A stretch of DNA of 64,000 nucleotides from Klebsormidium nitens (lineage: Eukaryota; Plantae; Klebsormidiophyceae): contig DF237169.1 in the NCBI GenBank assembly GCA_000708835.1, positions 1-64,000 on the forward strand, given 5' to 3'. The position numbers and the translations under genes are program-made. Each line of letters begins with the position of its first letter. Positions within the stretch are counted from its first letter, which is position 1. Below, one piece after another: positions 23,261 to 35,200 of the stretch. The notes beneath the pieces were generated by a model. That model saw only the letters and a program-made list of their open reading frames with translations, was not told the origin of the DNA and did not search any database.

Positions 23261-26200
23261 CTACCTCGCACCTTTGCGACTAAGGTCAATCACAACGTCG
23301 GCAACGGGCGCACTTTTCCCGTTCGCTCCTCCGGGCGGCCCCGGGGCACGCTTGATGGTCGCCCCTCCTCCAGGAACGGCTCTCGGGGAGCCAACCCGAG
23401 CGCTTTGGTCGCTACCAGCCGCGCTCATCATATCCCTAGTCCGCGGGCTGGGGGGCTCTTGTGCCTGCGACGGATCCCCCCTCTGAGGAGTCTTGCTCCG
23501 ACTAGCAGAGAGGACTGTGACGGGTATCTCAGTGCTCGCCTGTCGCTCCAACACCGGCTCCTTGCGCGACCCCGGCTGACGTCCTTTCGACGCCTGCTTG
23601 CTGACGTCAGGGGGCGCGCCCTTCTTCATCAACGCGAGAGAGATCGACGCGAACCCGCTTGAAGCGGGAGGGTTAGGGGCAGCCGGGTTTGCAGAACCGG
23701 GTCGAGCTGCCGTCTTCCCGCTTGGAGAGCGATTCAATTGGCTACCGGATCCTTCCTCCGGCGCATCGACTTCGAATGTGAACGCGCTGGTCGACGCCGT
23801 TGGGGGGGGCCGCGCGTGCGTGACCGGAACCCCCTTCTGCGGGGGTGACGGCTGCTTCGCCCCCGCGGTATTCCCTCCGCTTTTGGTACGCACCGGGCTT
23901 ACTTTCCGATCAGTTCCACTAGTCCCGGCTCCCCCGACCCCTTCTACCGGTCGGAACTCCCCGCCTTCGACCGTCTGGCTCTCCTCCCATGCCGGCTTTG
24001 AAGGGGCCCGGACAATTTGTTTTTTGGGCGACGGCTGCCGCGCGTTTGAGCTCAACGTGTCGCCGGGCGCCACTGCGCTTTGCGGCCTGGGCGCCGCGAC
24101 CCTCGGGGCGCCTTCGCCGGCCGGTCGGATGGGAGCGGAATCCGGCCTGGCTGGAGCGGAGTCAGGCCTGATCGGGGAGGACACCGGCTTCCTGATGGCA
24201 GCCCCGGTGGGCGCAGCGCCTGGCCCGGAGAGCGGCGGAACCTGCCCGGTAGGAACCGGGGCCGCCCTTTGTGGGACCGGCCTCTTCGCGGGCGACGCGG
24301 CTCGCGCGGGTCCCAAACCCTGAACCCCGGGCTCGTCTTGCTCACGTGGCGCACCGTCATTGGGCCGCCGCCCATCAGAAGCTGGCGCGGTTCTCGTGGC
24401 TTGCGGGGAAGCGGACACCGGTTTCTTCGCAGGAGCCGCTCTCGTTTGCGGTAGGCTGCCGCTAGAGGTTTCGGCGACCAAAAAGCTCTCTTGCACCGGT
24501 TGAGCGTTTCGCGGCTGCGTTGGTTTTTGGCGGACCGGAACGTTGTCAACCGGGGCGCGCTCTGGGTTCTGCCTAACCCGAGGTGGGTTGCCGCCAACCG
24601 GGGCACTGACCGTGCTAACCATGAGTTCATTTTCTGTAGGCGCAAAGCTCTCGTTGACGGGCATAGCCTTTTGTGAGGGAGGCGCCGGTTTGCTTGTCGG
24701 AACTTTTTTTCTTGAGGCGGGCGGAGGAGATTGGTTCACGTAGGGTGGCGACAACGACGTGCTAAAGAGCGATCCGTCTTCCGTCGTGGAAAAGCTCTCC
24801 TTGACCGAAGGCGAGGTTTGGTTAACCAGCTTTCCCTTACTGTCACCTGACAGCTCTGCGCCGGCTCGGGGCGAACTCACCATCCGTTTCGCCCATTCCA
24901 ACCGTTCCGATCCGTCCGTTGCGCTCTCGGAAGCGGACTCGTCCATTACCTCTGTCACCGAGAACCCATTGCCCCTCCCGTCGTCTTCTGACGGCACCGT
25001 GACGTAGGGCTCCTCGTCAGCATTGTGCGGCGCCGCCTCGAGCGCGAGCGTCGCGGTTGTGGTCGCCGCGATCTGCGGCACGTTGCGCTGCGGCCCGTAC
25101 CTCGGGGTTTGAGGGGTTTGCCCGCGCGCGTGCGGCCGCGCGTCGCCTTCGGCGCCGTTCCCTTGGTTGATGATGATGATCTGTTGTGGGGCGTAGATGT
25201 ACGAACCGCTGTTTTGCGACTCGAGTCCCGGTTCCTCTTGAGATCCTCTTAGACCCTGCGGTCTGCGGCCGTTCTTCGAAAGCTGGACAGCGGTGCTCTC
25301 GCCCCGGTTCAAAACCAGGGCCTTGTCCAGCTCCTCACTCTCGCTTTCCCCCGCCGAAGACCGACGACCGCTCGCCAAACGGGGCCTCCCCCGTGTCGAC
25401 TGCTTTTGACGGTGCCTCTGAGACCGGTTGCCGACGTCTTCCTCGTCCGACTGCCCATCGGACTCGCCAGAACCGTCGGAATACTCTCCGTCAATCCGTT
25501 GCTGACGTCCGGCGCCTCTGCCGTGACGTCGCCCATGGTCCTCAGGCTCTGTTTCGCTCTGAGTAACGCTCGCGTCCCCGTCGGAAACGACACTCTCGCT
25601 CACAGTTCCGTTCCGCTCCGATCCGGACCCGTTCAACTCCTCCTCGCCTTCCTTCCGGTCCCCGTTCTCCTCTCCCGTGTGAGCCCCAGAGTTTACTCCC
25701 TCTTCCGCTTCGCCCGTGACTTTTCTCGACCGACGTTTCGACCGCGATCGCTTCGAGCCCCGCGTAGTCCTGCCGACTGTATCCGCGTTCCAGCCGTCAG
25801 GATTCTTCTCCCTCTCTAGTTGCATCCGCCGCCACCTCCAGAAAATGAACCCGATCGTTCCGCCCAGTACCAAAAACAAACCCACCAATAAACCTCCGAT
25901 TAAGTACACTCCGTTTCCCGCCGTTTGCACCACCGTAACCGCCGGCGCAACGGCCGCGGGCGGGGGCGGCGCGACTGGCGCGCTCGCGGGCGCGTCCGCG
26001 CTTGGTGACGTCACCGCGGCGACCCGCATGGTGGATGCGATCAGCGCCAGCCGTTCCGGCGCGCTGTTCGCCGTGAAAGTCGCGACGGTGATGTTTCCGG
26101 CGCTCATCTCTTGGATCGAGTCGAGCACGGACCCGCGCGCCGTCGCCGCGGCCTGGCTTAGGGTTTGGAGGGTTTGGGTGCCGTTGCCCGCGCCGATCGC

Positions 26201-29200
26201 GGCCACCATCGCGTTCGACGCGGCCGCGAGGCGCACCACGGACGCCGCCACGTTGGCGCTGACGTCGGCGCCGGACGGAAGGGCTCCCGCGGAAACGGCG
26301 TCGCTGACGGATAGGTCCACGATGCCCTCGAGAGTGCTGACGTCAGTCAGGTTCAGGGATGACGAGGAGCTTGCGTCGTAAAGGCTCGCTTGCTCGGCCG
26401 CCCTTCGTGGAACGATCAATCCCATGCCCGGGTTAGTTTCCCGGTTTTCGCTAACCATGACCGGGGTTGGTCCAACCGAGCAGCTCCCCGGCCACCCCGC
26501 CAATTCCGAGCAGGTGCTGACGTCGAGGAGTGACGTCACAGCATAGGTTGGCGCCGAGTCAGCGAATGCGGAGGACGGAACGCGGCTGGCTTTTGCCGGC
26601 GACGGCAGAGCCTGGTTTTCGAGGAGGAAGGTCGCCATGGCGCGGTACACGGACCGGGAGAGGGCCAGATCGACGGATGGCGACCGAGTTGTGGTCGCTC
26701 CAGCAAGGAGGGAACCGAACTGCACGGCGCAAAGTGAGAGGTCTTGTTTGCATATTTGCACTTCCTGATTTTTGAGTGAGATGCGTTGACATGATTGCGC
26801 CTGTCATGGGTCCAATGTGGAACGGTATGCTGCTTGTGTGGGCTTGATTCCCATTTGCTGTTTTTCTCGGCTTTTGACTTGCAGCATCGCTAGCGTGGGC
26901 TGCAGATAGGACACAAACCTTAATCCATGCATGCTCTTGACAGAGTCAAGGAGGCAAGAGGAGACGCGTAATTTGATGAAGCTATGAACACTGGCATCAA
27001 GCAAAGTCTGAGACAAAAAGTAGACTGCAATCCTTATCTCTGCTCTGCTGCGTCATGTATACCTGCCTGGGCCCTTCCAAGCGACAGAGCTTGCGAATCC
27101 CAATTCCAATCAGACTTCAGAAGTGTCGTTAACCGTAAGCCACGACTCACAGCAGACTCTCGCCAGCGGGAAGAAACCCTGTCGTTCCACATATTTGCAA
27201 TACGCGGAAGGAGAGTAGCTCTTAAGCAGAAACGCAAGGAAAGGAGAAGCATGCCAGGTTTGACACCGTTTATCTATTGGACCGAACATGAAGCGGAGTG
27301 CAACTGGCGGAACCGGACTCTCTCACCTGCGCTGCCACGTTGTTTAGATACCCTACCGCCTTGAGTACCTCTAAGCTCCCCGCAGTTCCCGCCAGTACTC
27401 CCTGGATCGGATCTCCTGACGTGATCTGAGCCGTCGATGGCAGCCGCAGAGCGTTCCTGACCGCCGATTCTGCTTGGCTCTCAGTCACGAAACCGACGTC
27501 CATCAGCGCTTGGACGAAGGTGGTTAGCGGGCTAACCACGGCGGAACCCAGGGGGGCGACCATGATCGTGGTGGGGAAGAGGTTTGTAAGGCTGTCGACG
27601 CAAGACGGGTCGCCGAGACGGAGCATGACTGGCCCGTAGTTTTGGATTGTCACCTGAAAACGGAGCGAAGGACATGGTGAAACATTAGTAGCCGCCTTTC
27701 AGCAGATGCTTGCGCGTTGCTTCTGTGCTGATAATGGTTTGAATAGTAACCACTTGGCTCAGTAGACTTAACAATTCGAGCAGGGCCTTTCGTGAACTCC
27801 TGTCATCTTCCGCGCATTAATCTTTTCGTTTACAACGCCGAATTCCACACAAAGTGTGATTGTCCTCAAATCCCAATCGATTGAGTCAAAACATGGGCAC
27901 CTACGATCCGTGAGTACGACTGGTTTCTGCGTGAGGAACTTACCTGTCGAAACTCGAAGCCGCCAGTCGCGTTCGTAATGGTCGTCGCCTCCCCCAGATC
28001 GCACCGACGATTGCCGTTTGCGTCCATGCACAGCGTGCAGTTGGCCAGGTAGCCATAGTACACAATGCCGGATACTGCAAGCAAACGAGAACTGAGTTCA
28101 AAAGTGGTTCCTAAACATCCCCAGTTTACTTCATCAACCGAAAGATCAGAATTAGAAGACCCGAGTACGTGCTCGATCGGCGCGCGTTTAAACTACAGAT
28201 GAACTGCTGTGAGTTACTTTTCAGAGAGGCTCCCTTTCTGGACGCAACTCCTTTAGTCGGTGTACTTTACCTTGATGAGGCCCATACTCCCTAACATCGG
28301 ATTGAGGCCCTTTTCCACGAGTTGAAGAAAGGCGACTCACCTGTCACTGGCGCCATGAGCGGCCGCCCTAACGCCGATGGCTGATTAGATGGTCTGAATA
28401 TGCAGACGCCGAAAGAGCGATTCGGACGGTAACCAGAAAACATTCTAGAAACTAGAAACGCAGCAATTGCTTCAATTAGAGTTCGACAGATAGAGGCCGT
28501 CACGCCGCACCCTCACCAACTGATGGTGCCGTGAGCGGCCGCGCGGACGGCGACGGCTGTACGGACGGGCTGGGGGATGCGGACGGCGGGAGGGCCGATG
28601 CGGACGGCGATGCGGACGCCGAAGGCGATGGGGAACGGGAGGGGATCGGGGAGAAGGAAGGGGCGGGCTGGACGGGGCTTGCGGGCGACGCGGAAGGTGA
28701 GGGCGACGGGAACGCGGTCGCCGTGAGGCAGACGCCCGAGACCGGGTCGCAGGTGTAGCCGGTGGGGCAGACGCCGTCGTTGCATTGCAGCTGCAGACGC
28801 GGAGGATTCAGGAGTTTTAGTAACATTCTCGGAGCCCTGTACTGTCTCGTTGGCAAGGCATTGATAGAGTAAGGCGATCGAAATGCTGTCGGTTCGGAGT
28901 CTTGCCAGGGAAAGTGGAAATATCTGCTTGTAAGATTCCGCGCCTCTGGCAGAGTTTGCAAAGGAGCGAGCACAAAGATTGATGTGTCTGGAGGGAGTGC
29001 GAGGCTGCTTGTCTTGCGGAGGAAATGAGCAGCAAGTCAGCGCAGGGAGACACGCGAGCCTTACCTGAGAACAGTCCGTGCCTGCCCAGCCGATAAGGCA
29101 TTTGCAGGTGCCCCCCACGCAGACGCCTGCATCAAAATGCCTTTCTCTGAGACGGCGGGCTTTGGGGCGTCTTTCGAACATAAGATCGGTCAAAGCGCAA

Positions 29201-32200
29201 CCTTCGTTTTTCGGTCTTTCCTTCTGTTGGGAGATCTCAAAGAAACGCAAATTTCAGTGGGTGATCCAACGGGCTCTTCTACGTCCTTGCCGTCATCGAA
29301 CGATTACCTCCTTTGATCATGTCAGATCCATCGGAAAAGTTGTAAGCGCTAGGAATGCAGATGATTCTCTCAAGCCTCGTTGCAGTACATTGCCTTCAAT
29401 GAAGGTTTCTGCTTTGCTTTGCGACTGCTTTACGGTCAACATACTGCTCACAGCAAAACAAACATGCAGAAAGCGGTTAAGCAGAACACCGCCTCAACAG
29501 TCCCAAACGCTGGTCGTAATCACTTTTCAACAAACCCTATGACTCTCTTTCTGGCTTTCCAGCAGAAGCAAGTATCGGTTGCCAGCTCCTCGAAGCAACG
29601 CAGCGCCTTGTTTGAAATCAAAGTCTCAAGCGCATTCTTCAGTGCTGGGGGGGGAGCTTGCCTTGGTTGGCACAGTCGTTCACGCACCCCCCGCTCTCGC
29701 AGAAGGCGTTCGCGGCGGGGCACGGACCGATGCTGCCGGAATCGAAGCCGGCGGCTGACAGCGGCACTTCTCGACCGTCGATGCAGGTCACGGCTTGATC
29801 GCCCACCATAATCATAAGTGTGGCCTGTGGCAATCAGGTTACTTTTAGAAGAGGCATCTGGGAAACAAGTCCACCTCGGCGACCCAATGCCCGACTATGC
29901 CTTTTAGAGTCGCTCAGGACGTCATTTCGGTCAAACTGGCAGCGACTTCAACATTGAATGACTCTGAAATACGTACTGCTTCAAAGCACGTGAGGCAGAC
30001 GCGCTTTACATCCGTTCATCATGTCTAAAGCCATTTGGCAGCAAGCCATTCGAACTTTCAGAGGAGCTTTTTGGTTGTAGCTGCCGTTTGTATTCCTGGC
30101 GGCGGGGAACCGGAAATTATTCTCGGGGCATTGCAAGCTTCCGGAATAATCACAACCAAATTCCAGCTTCCAGACCAAAATCTGCGAAAACGAAAGTAAG
30201 TGTTCTGCAAGATAGTCGTCGTCTGCGAAGAAACAACTTCGCATCTAAGAGCCTATCTCGATCTGGATCCAGAAACAAAAAGCAGGAAAACATTTACCTG
30301 CGTTCCGGTGACATCCCAGCTGCATTGGTAGCGGAAGCACCCGCCCCCCACCGGCGGACGTTCGAATCCGTTTTTACTCCAGGCTTCGGACCCGTCCGCA
30401 ACGCACTTGGAACCGACGCCGAAAGCTTGGCCCCAGTACGCCAGGCTGCTCGAGTTGGAAGCGTCCGAATCGGACCCCAAAGACGCGTCCGTACACACAT
30501 AGTTGGACAGTCTGCAAAAATATGCAAAGATATTGTTTCATCCTCCATTCCTGACCGCAGCCAACTGCAGAATCATGTTACTACGATCGACACTTCATTT
30601 GAAACTTGCAGACTGATACAGAATACTTGTGCAGAAGTCTGTTCTGCGATGATTCAAAAAATTCTGCAGATATGTCAAGAATGTAACATCGAGAGCAGAC
30701 ATCAGCCTAACATCAGGCGGCAAGGTGAGGGTTGAGGCGACTGCTAAAGACCCAAGAAGTGCCGTGTATACAGCAAGTGGAGTCAGCAACTGAGAACGAC
30801 GAGTGGAAAGCGTTTGCTAGGTGCTGTGAGTGGAAGGGTGAGGGAAATCGGCAGCGCCCTATAATGGAAGCAATAGGGTCCGCCTTTGTACAGACTGCTC
30901 CACCAGAAAAACTTCAATAGTACGTCAATGCCCAGATGGCGAGTTTTGCCGAACAGTACACACAACCCGTTGAAAGTCTGTCTGCTCTTAAACCTGCAGG
31001 GTCCTCATGTGGCACGCACTCGTGAGCTTAATACAGAGCCGATTACCCACCTGCCTAATGAAAGTTGAAGTACGACCTGAACCAAGGGGTTTCTTTGGAA
31101 GCACCGTGTGATAGAGCGGCCGCACAAGTGTCAAAAGTATTGAGCAAGCTCCAAAAACGTAAGTGAGGCATTGGACGTACGGAACGATGGGCATGCAGCC
31201 GTCCGTGAAGCAGGTGCCGTCCGTTGCGCTGCACGCCTGGCAGTACCCGACCGCCGTCTCATCGTCCGTGCACGTGTGGTCCTGCGCGCGTCAGTTCATA
31301 CATTGTGATTGCAAGGCGTCGCTAGGGCTGTTGACCCAGAGAGCAAAGTGATGAAATGTACGGCTTTGTTTGACTGAAAAACAATGTTGCATGGGCATAT
31401 GTGTCCTTTTTTCCAGAAGCAGTACTTTCTGAACGGACCTTCGCAAAATTTTGTCGAAATTCGACCCCCCCGGGATCCGTCCCGTTCCACAAACATTAGA
31501 CGATTGTTGAACGAATTCAAGCGGTCTCTGCTGCAGATTAAGGTCCTTGCTATATAGCTGGTCCTAAAATTACGGAAGCATTTAGGTTGGAGAAAGGGTG
31601 CTCCCACAGCATTTGAAGTGTCGTGACAGCGAAGAATCTTTGCCCCCGTTGCGGTGCTGACTCCGTCCAGAGCCGCTTACCAGGGCTGACGTCACCCCGC
31701 CGTCATCCGTCCAGCTGCGGAACCCCGTGCCGCAGTAGAAGCCGGAGAACGCAGAATCGACGGGCACCGCGCCCCCTGCGAATCACAACAGCCCTCAATG
31801 AGGACCCCGTCTCGAGAGCACATCATGCCTTGAGATTACGAGAATATGACAGACTTTGCAATTTTTGGTTTGCTGGTGAAAGAAGCGGTAAGCGACAATC
31901 TGACAGAGCCAGGTTCGCACAAGAAGTCACTAGCAGAAAGCCTGAAGCTTGAAATCAATAAATTAATTCGATAAATCTGAGGCGACACGGGCCGCATAGC
32001 TATTGCAGGGAAACGGAGAAGAAGTTCTGAATGAGCTATTTCTAGCCGAATTTTAATCTTTGTTAAGATGTGCAACCTCGCGCGCCTTTGCATGGGACGC
32101 GGCGCTCGCGTTACCTGGGGCGCATGCCGCGAGCGGGAACGCGCAGCCTCGCCCCTGGCCCCACAACAGGGGCTGCGTGACGTCATATGTGGGCACGTAC

Positions 32201-35200
32201 CACCCGCTGTCCTCCAGCGTTGCTGCCGTAAGCTTGGAGTATACCGGCCGCGCTTGACTGACGGCGGTCTGTTCAAACAAGAAAGAGTCATTTGTTGTTG
32301 ATTCAATGCTCGGGTTGACGTTTGGAAGCGTATTGTGGAAGGGCGACTCGATGACTTGCAGCTGCGCATTCTCGAGATGCAGGAGGATGGAACTTTTGCG
32401 AACGTGACCTTGGGCTAGCTAAAACGAGTTTGGGCAGAACGTCGCAAGGAAATCTTCTAATAGCGCCGATCTAAAAAGCACTGCTCGATGAACGATCCCG
32501 CAATGCTTGGACGGTTTGGTCTAAAATTCCCGGCGACCTCTTTTTCCCAACTTACGGCAAGCGCAGAGACTTTACCCAGATTGCCCGTTGAAGGGTCCCC
32601 CCCCGCAGTGCCGTCTGCTTCTCAGAATTGGGCGACTTCATCAACGCATGTCCGTCCCCCAGACCGCCCAAAACGACAAACGGGGCCACAGGCAAATCAA
32701 AACAGGCAGCATGCACCCCTCGCAGCAACTTCCGCAAAAGGCGACCGTTTGACCAAAAACTGCCAGTACCCGGTTGATCAAAAACTGAGGCAACTCACCA
32801 TAAGCTCCCCGTGGAAGATCCGTTCCTCCCAGTGGCTGCCGGCGGTCCCAGTGCCTCCGTCGTTCTCGAGCTCGGCACCGTTCAGCGTCGCGCATCCAAA
32901 TTGGTCACAGGCTGCTTGCGTCACCTGAGAATGGATGACGTCACCGGGTCGACAGTCAAGCTTCACAATATGTTCAGTTCTGTTCGTTCTGTGAGGACCC
33001 TTGGGGAGGGTGGGGAGATACCCCGTGCAGTGCCGAACGGCTAGTTGGAGTCAGGTGAGAGCTATAATGAAGGACTAGAGAACTGCGATTGTAAAATTTT
33101 ACTCCCCTCTGTCCCATGTGGCGGGTTCTACTTCCTTTTACTGATAGGAGTGCTTACTGCTCCAACGACGGAATGTGCGACCATTGGGTTCGTTTTTCAA
33201 AGTATCTAGCAAAACGAAAGAATTTTGCAAATCCAACATCACCTGAGTGATGGGGAGCGCCTGAGATTTCGATCCTGTGGCTCACCTTTGGGGTAACCAG
33301 CTTAGTGGCCGTCGTGCCCCTTTCTTCGAACGTTCGGACGACTGCGGATAGGTCCGCCTGCTGCGGAATGGAACCGTCCGCATCCCGCGGCACGAGCGGA
33401 ACGTCTGCGAAGAGAAGAAGCTTCGGGTTTTACCGTTTATATTAGCACTTCTGGTTCGAAGTATTGTTGACTGCTTGCGCGTGACAATGGGTTGTCTTTA
33501 TGGCTTAAGCAAGGAAACGAAACGGTCGCCTGGGCGCAGAGAGGGCATCAGTTCATCATTTGGGTCCGAGCGTCCCAACTGGATACTCAACAGTCAATCT
33601 CGATTGGGATCAGACTTTTTCGAATCAGGAGAATCCGCATCTGCGTAACGACATCTGACCACGCCGTCAAGCCAGCTGAGTAGCCTTTGCAGCCTTCTTT
33701 GTGGGGTGGAATGGCTTCAGATTCATTATCCGACAATCTTTTGATCCAAAACTAGCAACTTAAAGTCAAAGCTTTGACGCGACTTGCAACCAAGGGGCAT
33801 TCCAGGAAGAAGACCTTTGAACACACTAACGGAAGGTCAAGAGATATTGCTCACTGTTCGCGTCCCGGTAGTACTTGAAGAGCGCGGCGCTGAAGCCGAG
33901 GGCGTGCGTCAGCTCGTGCACCGCTGTGTCAAGCTGCAGAGCACGAGTTCGCGGGTTACAAACTTGACACTACTTCTTGCTACCGAGCCGTCACCAGACC
34001 TTTTCTAAATGTATTTCGTAGTACACATATTTTTCCATACACTGGGCGGCTTACAGTCTGGTATTAAGAGAATCGAAGCAGATTTGTGCGAGCCGCCCAG
34101 GTAGCTGCCCCTAGCCAGGCCAACGCAATGTGCTCAAGGGAAACGTGGCAAGGATGCAATGCTACTGGCAGCCGAGCGTTTCTGAGGCGTTTTGGTGTCG
34201 CTTTCGTCCGTCCCTTCCGGCCTCTCGGTTCTTGAAAGAGAAGTGGTGGGTCAGATGGTCTTGCTTTACTACCTCACTGTTTATCAGATTGGTCTCGATT
34301 TATCAGAAAATAAAGCCCTAGGATTCAGAGGGTCACCAGCTTGAGTGTGAGGGGAGGGGGTTAAGGATGAGTTACAATGCCGCAGCCGGTAAGAGGTGAG
34401 GTAGGGTCTCTGAGATTCCTACCGTCGCTAGACCTCACTATTCAGGGACTCGACAGTCACCACGTCCGTACGGAAGAAAGCCTATGACAGTTTAATCAAG
34501 TCTGCGCTTCTACCCAGTCGTAAGACTGGCAAGTGCACAGTCTCACTTGGAACGCCCAGTTGAGGAGGGGGTGAATCTGGTCGGGGCAGAAGTTGGCACT
34601 GCCGGAGGTGGGCCGATCGGTGGCGTCGTCTTGCGTGCAGAAGCTGGCATACGCGATCGTGCCCGTCTGGCAAACGGACGTGTTCTGCAGAGGGCGAACT
34701 GGATAAGTTTGACTGCTTATGCAGCAAACGTTGGGTCACTAGAGGGTGTTTTCAACAGAAAAACAGCCTAGAGGCGGTTCGGATGCTGGTTTTTCCCAAC
34801 TTATCATTTCTGCGACTAAAAGCAAGCCGGTCTTTGTTTCCAAAAGCACCCTACTAGAGTGTGCCTCAGGAGTCAGAAGAGCTCTCGTCTTTCCAAGCAA
34901 AATAAGCCCTGTTTGGCGATACGAGTCGGTATTCGCAGAAACAAACCTCAAGGAACAAAGGGCTCAATGGCGCACGTGCAGATCAAGAGAAGGCAAAGGA
35001 AGTGTCTTGAGTTTGATTTCTTCCAGTGAACATAGCATTCATAGTGGACGCACCTTCGCAGTGACGTACAGAATGAAGTCCGTGCTGGCGAGCCCCGCGC
35101 CAGCTGGCGTGGCGGTACAGACCGAACGGGCGTCACATGTCGTGTAGGCAGCGAAGTGGTCCAAGTCCAGAGTACTCTCCTGCGAGTAGTCCAAAATGTC

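Noticed and set aside
23598-26381. Several long plus-strand ORFs (241, 221, 137 aa)
   Set aside because: They are antisense shadows of the GC-rich last exon of the M8 protease gene.
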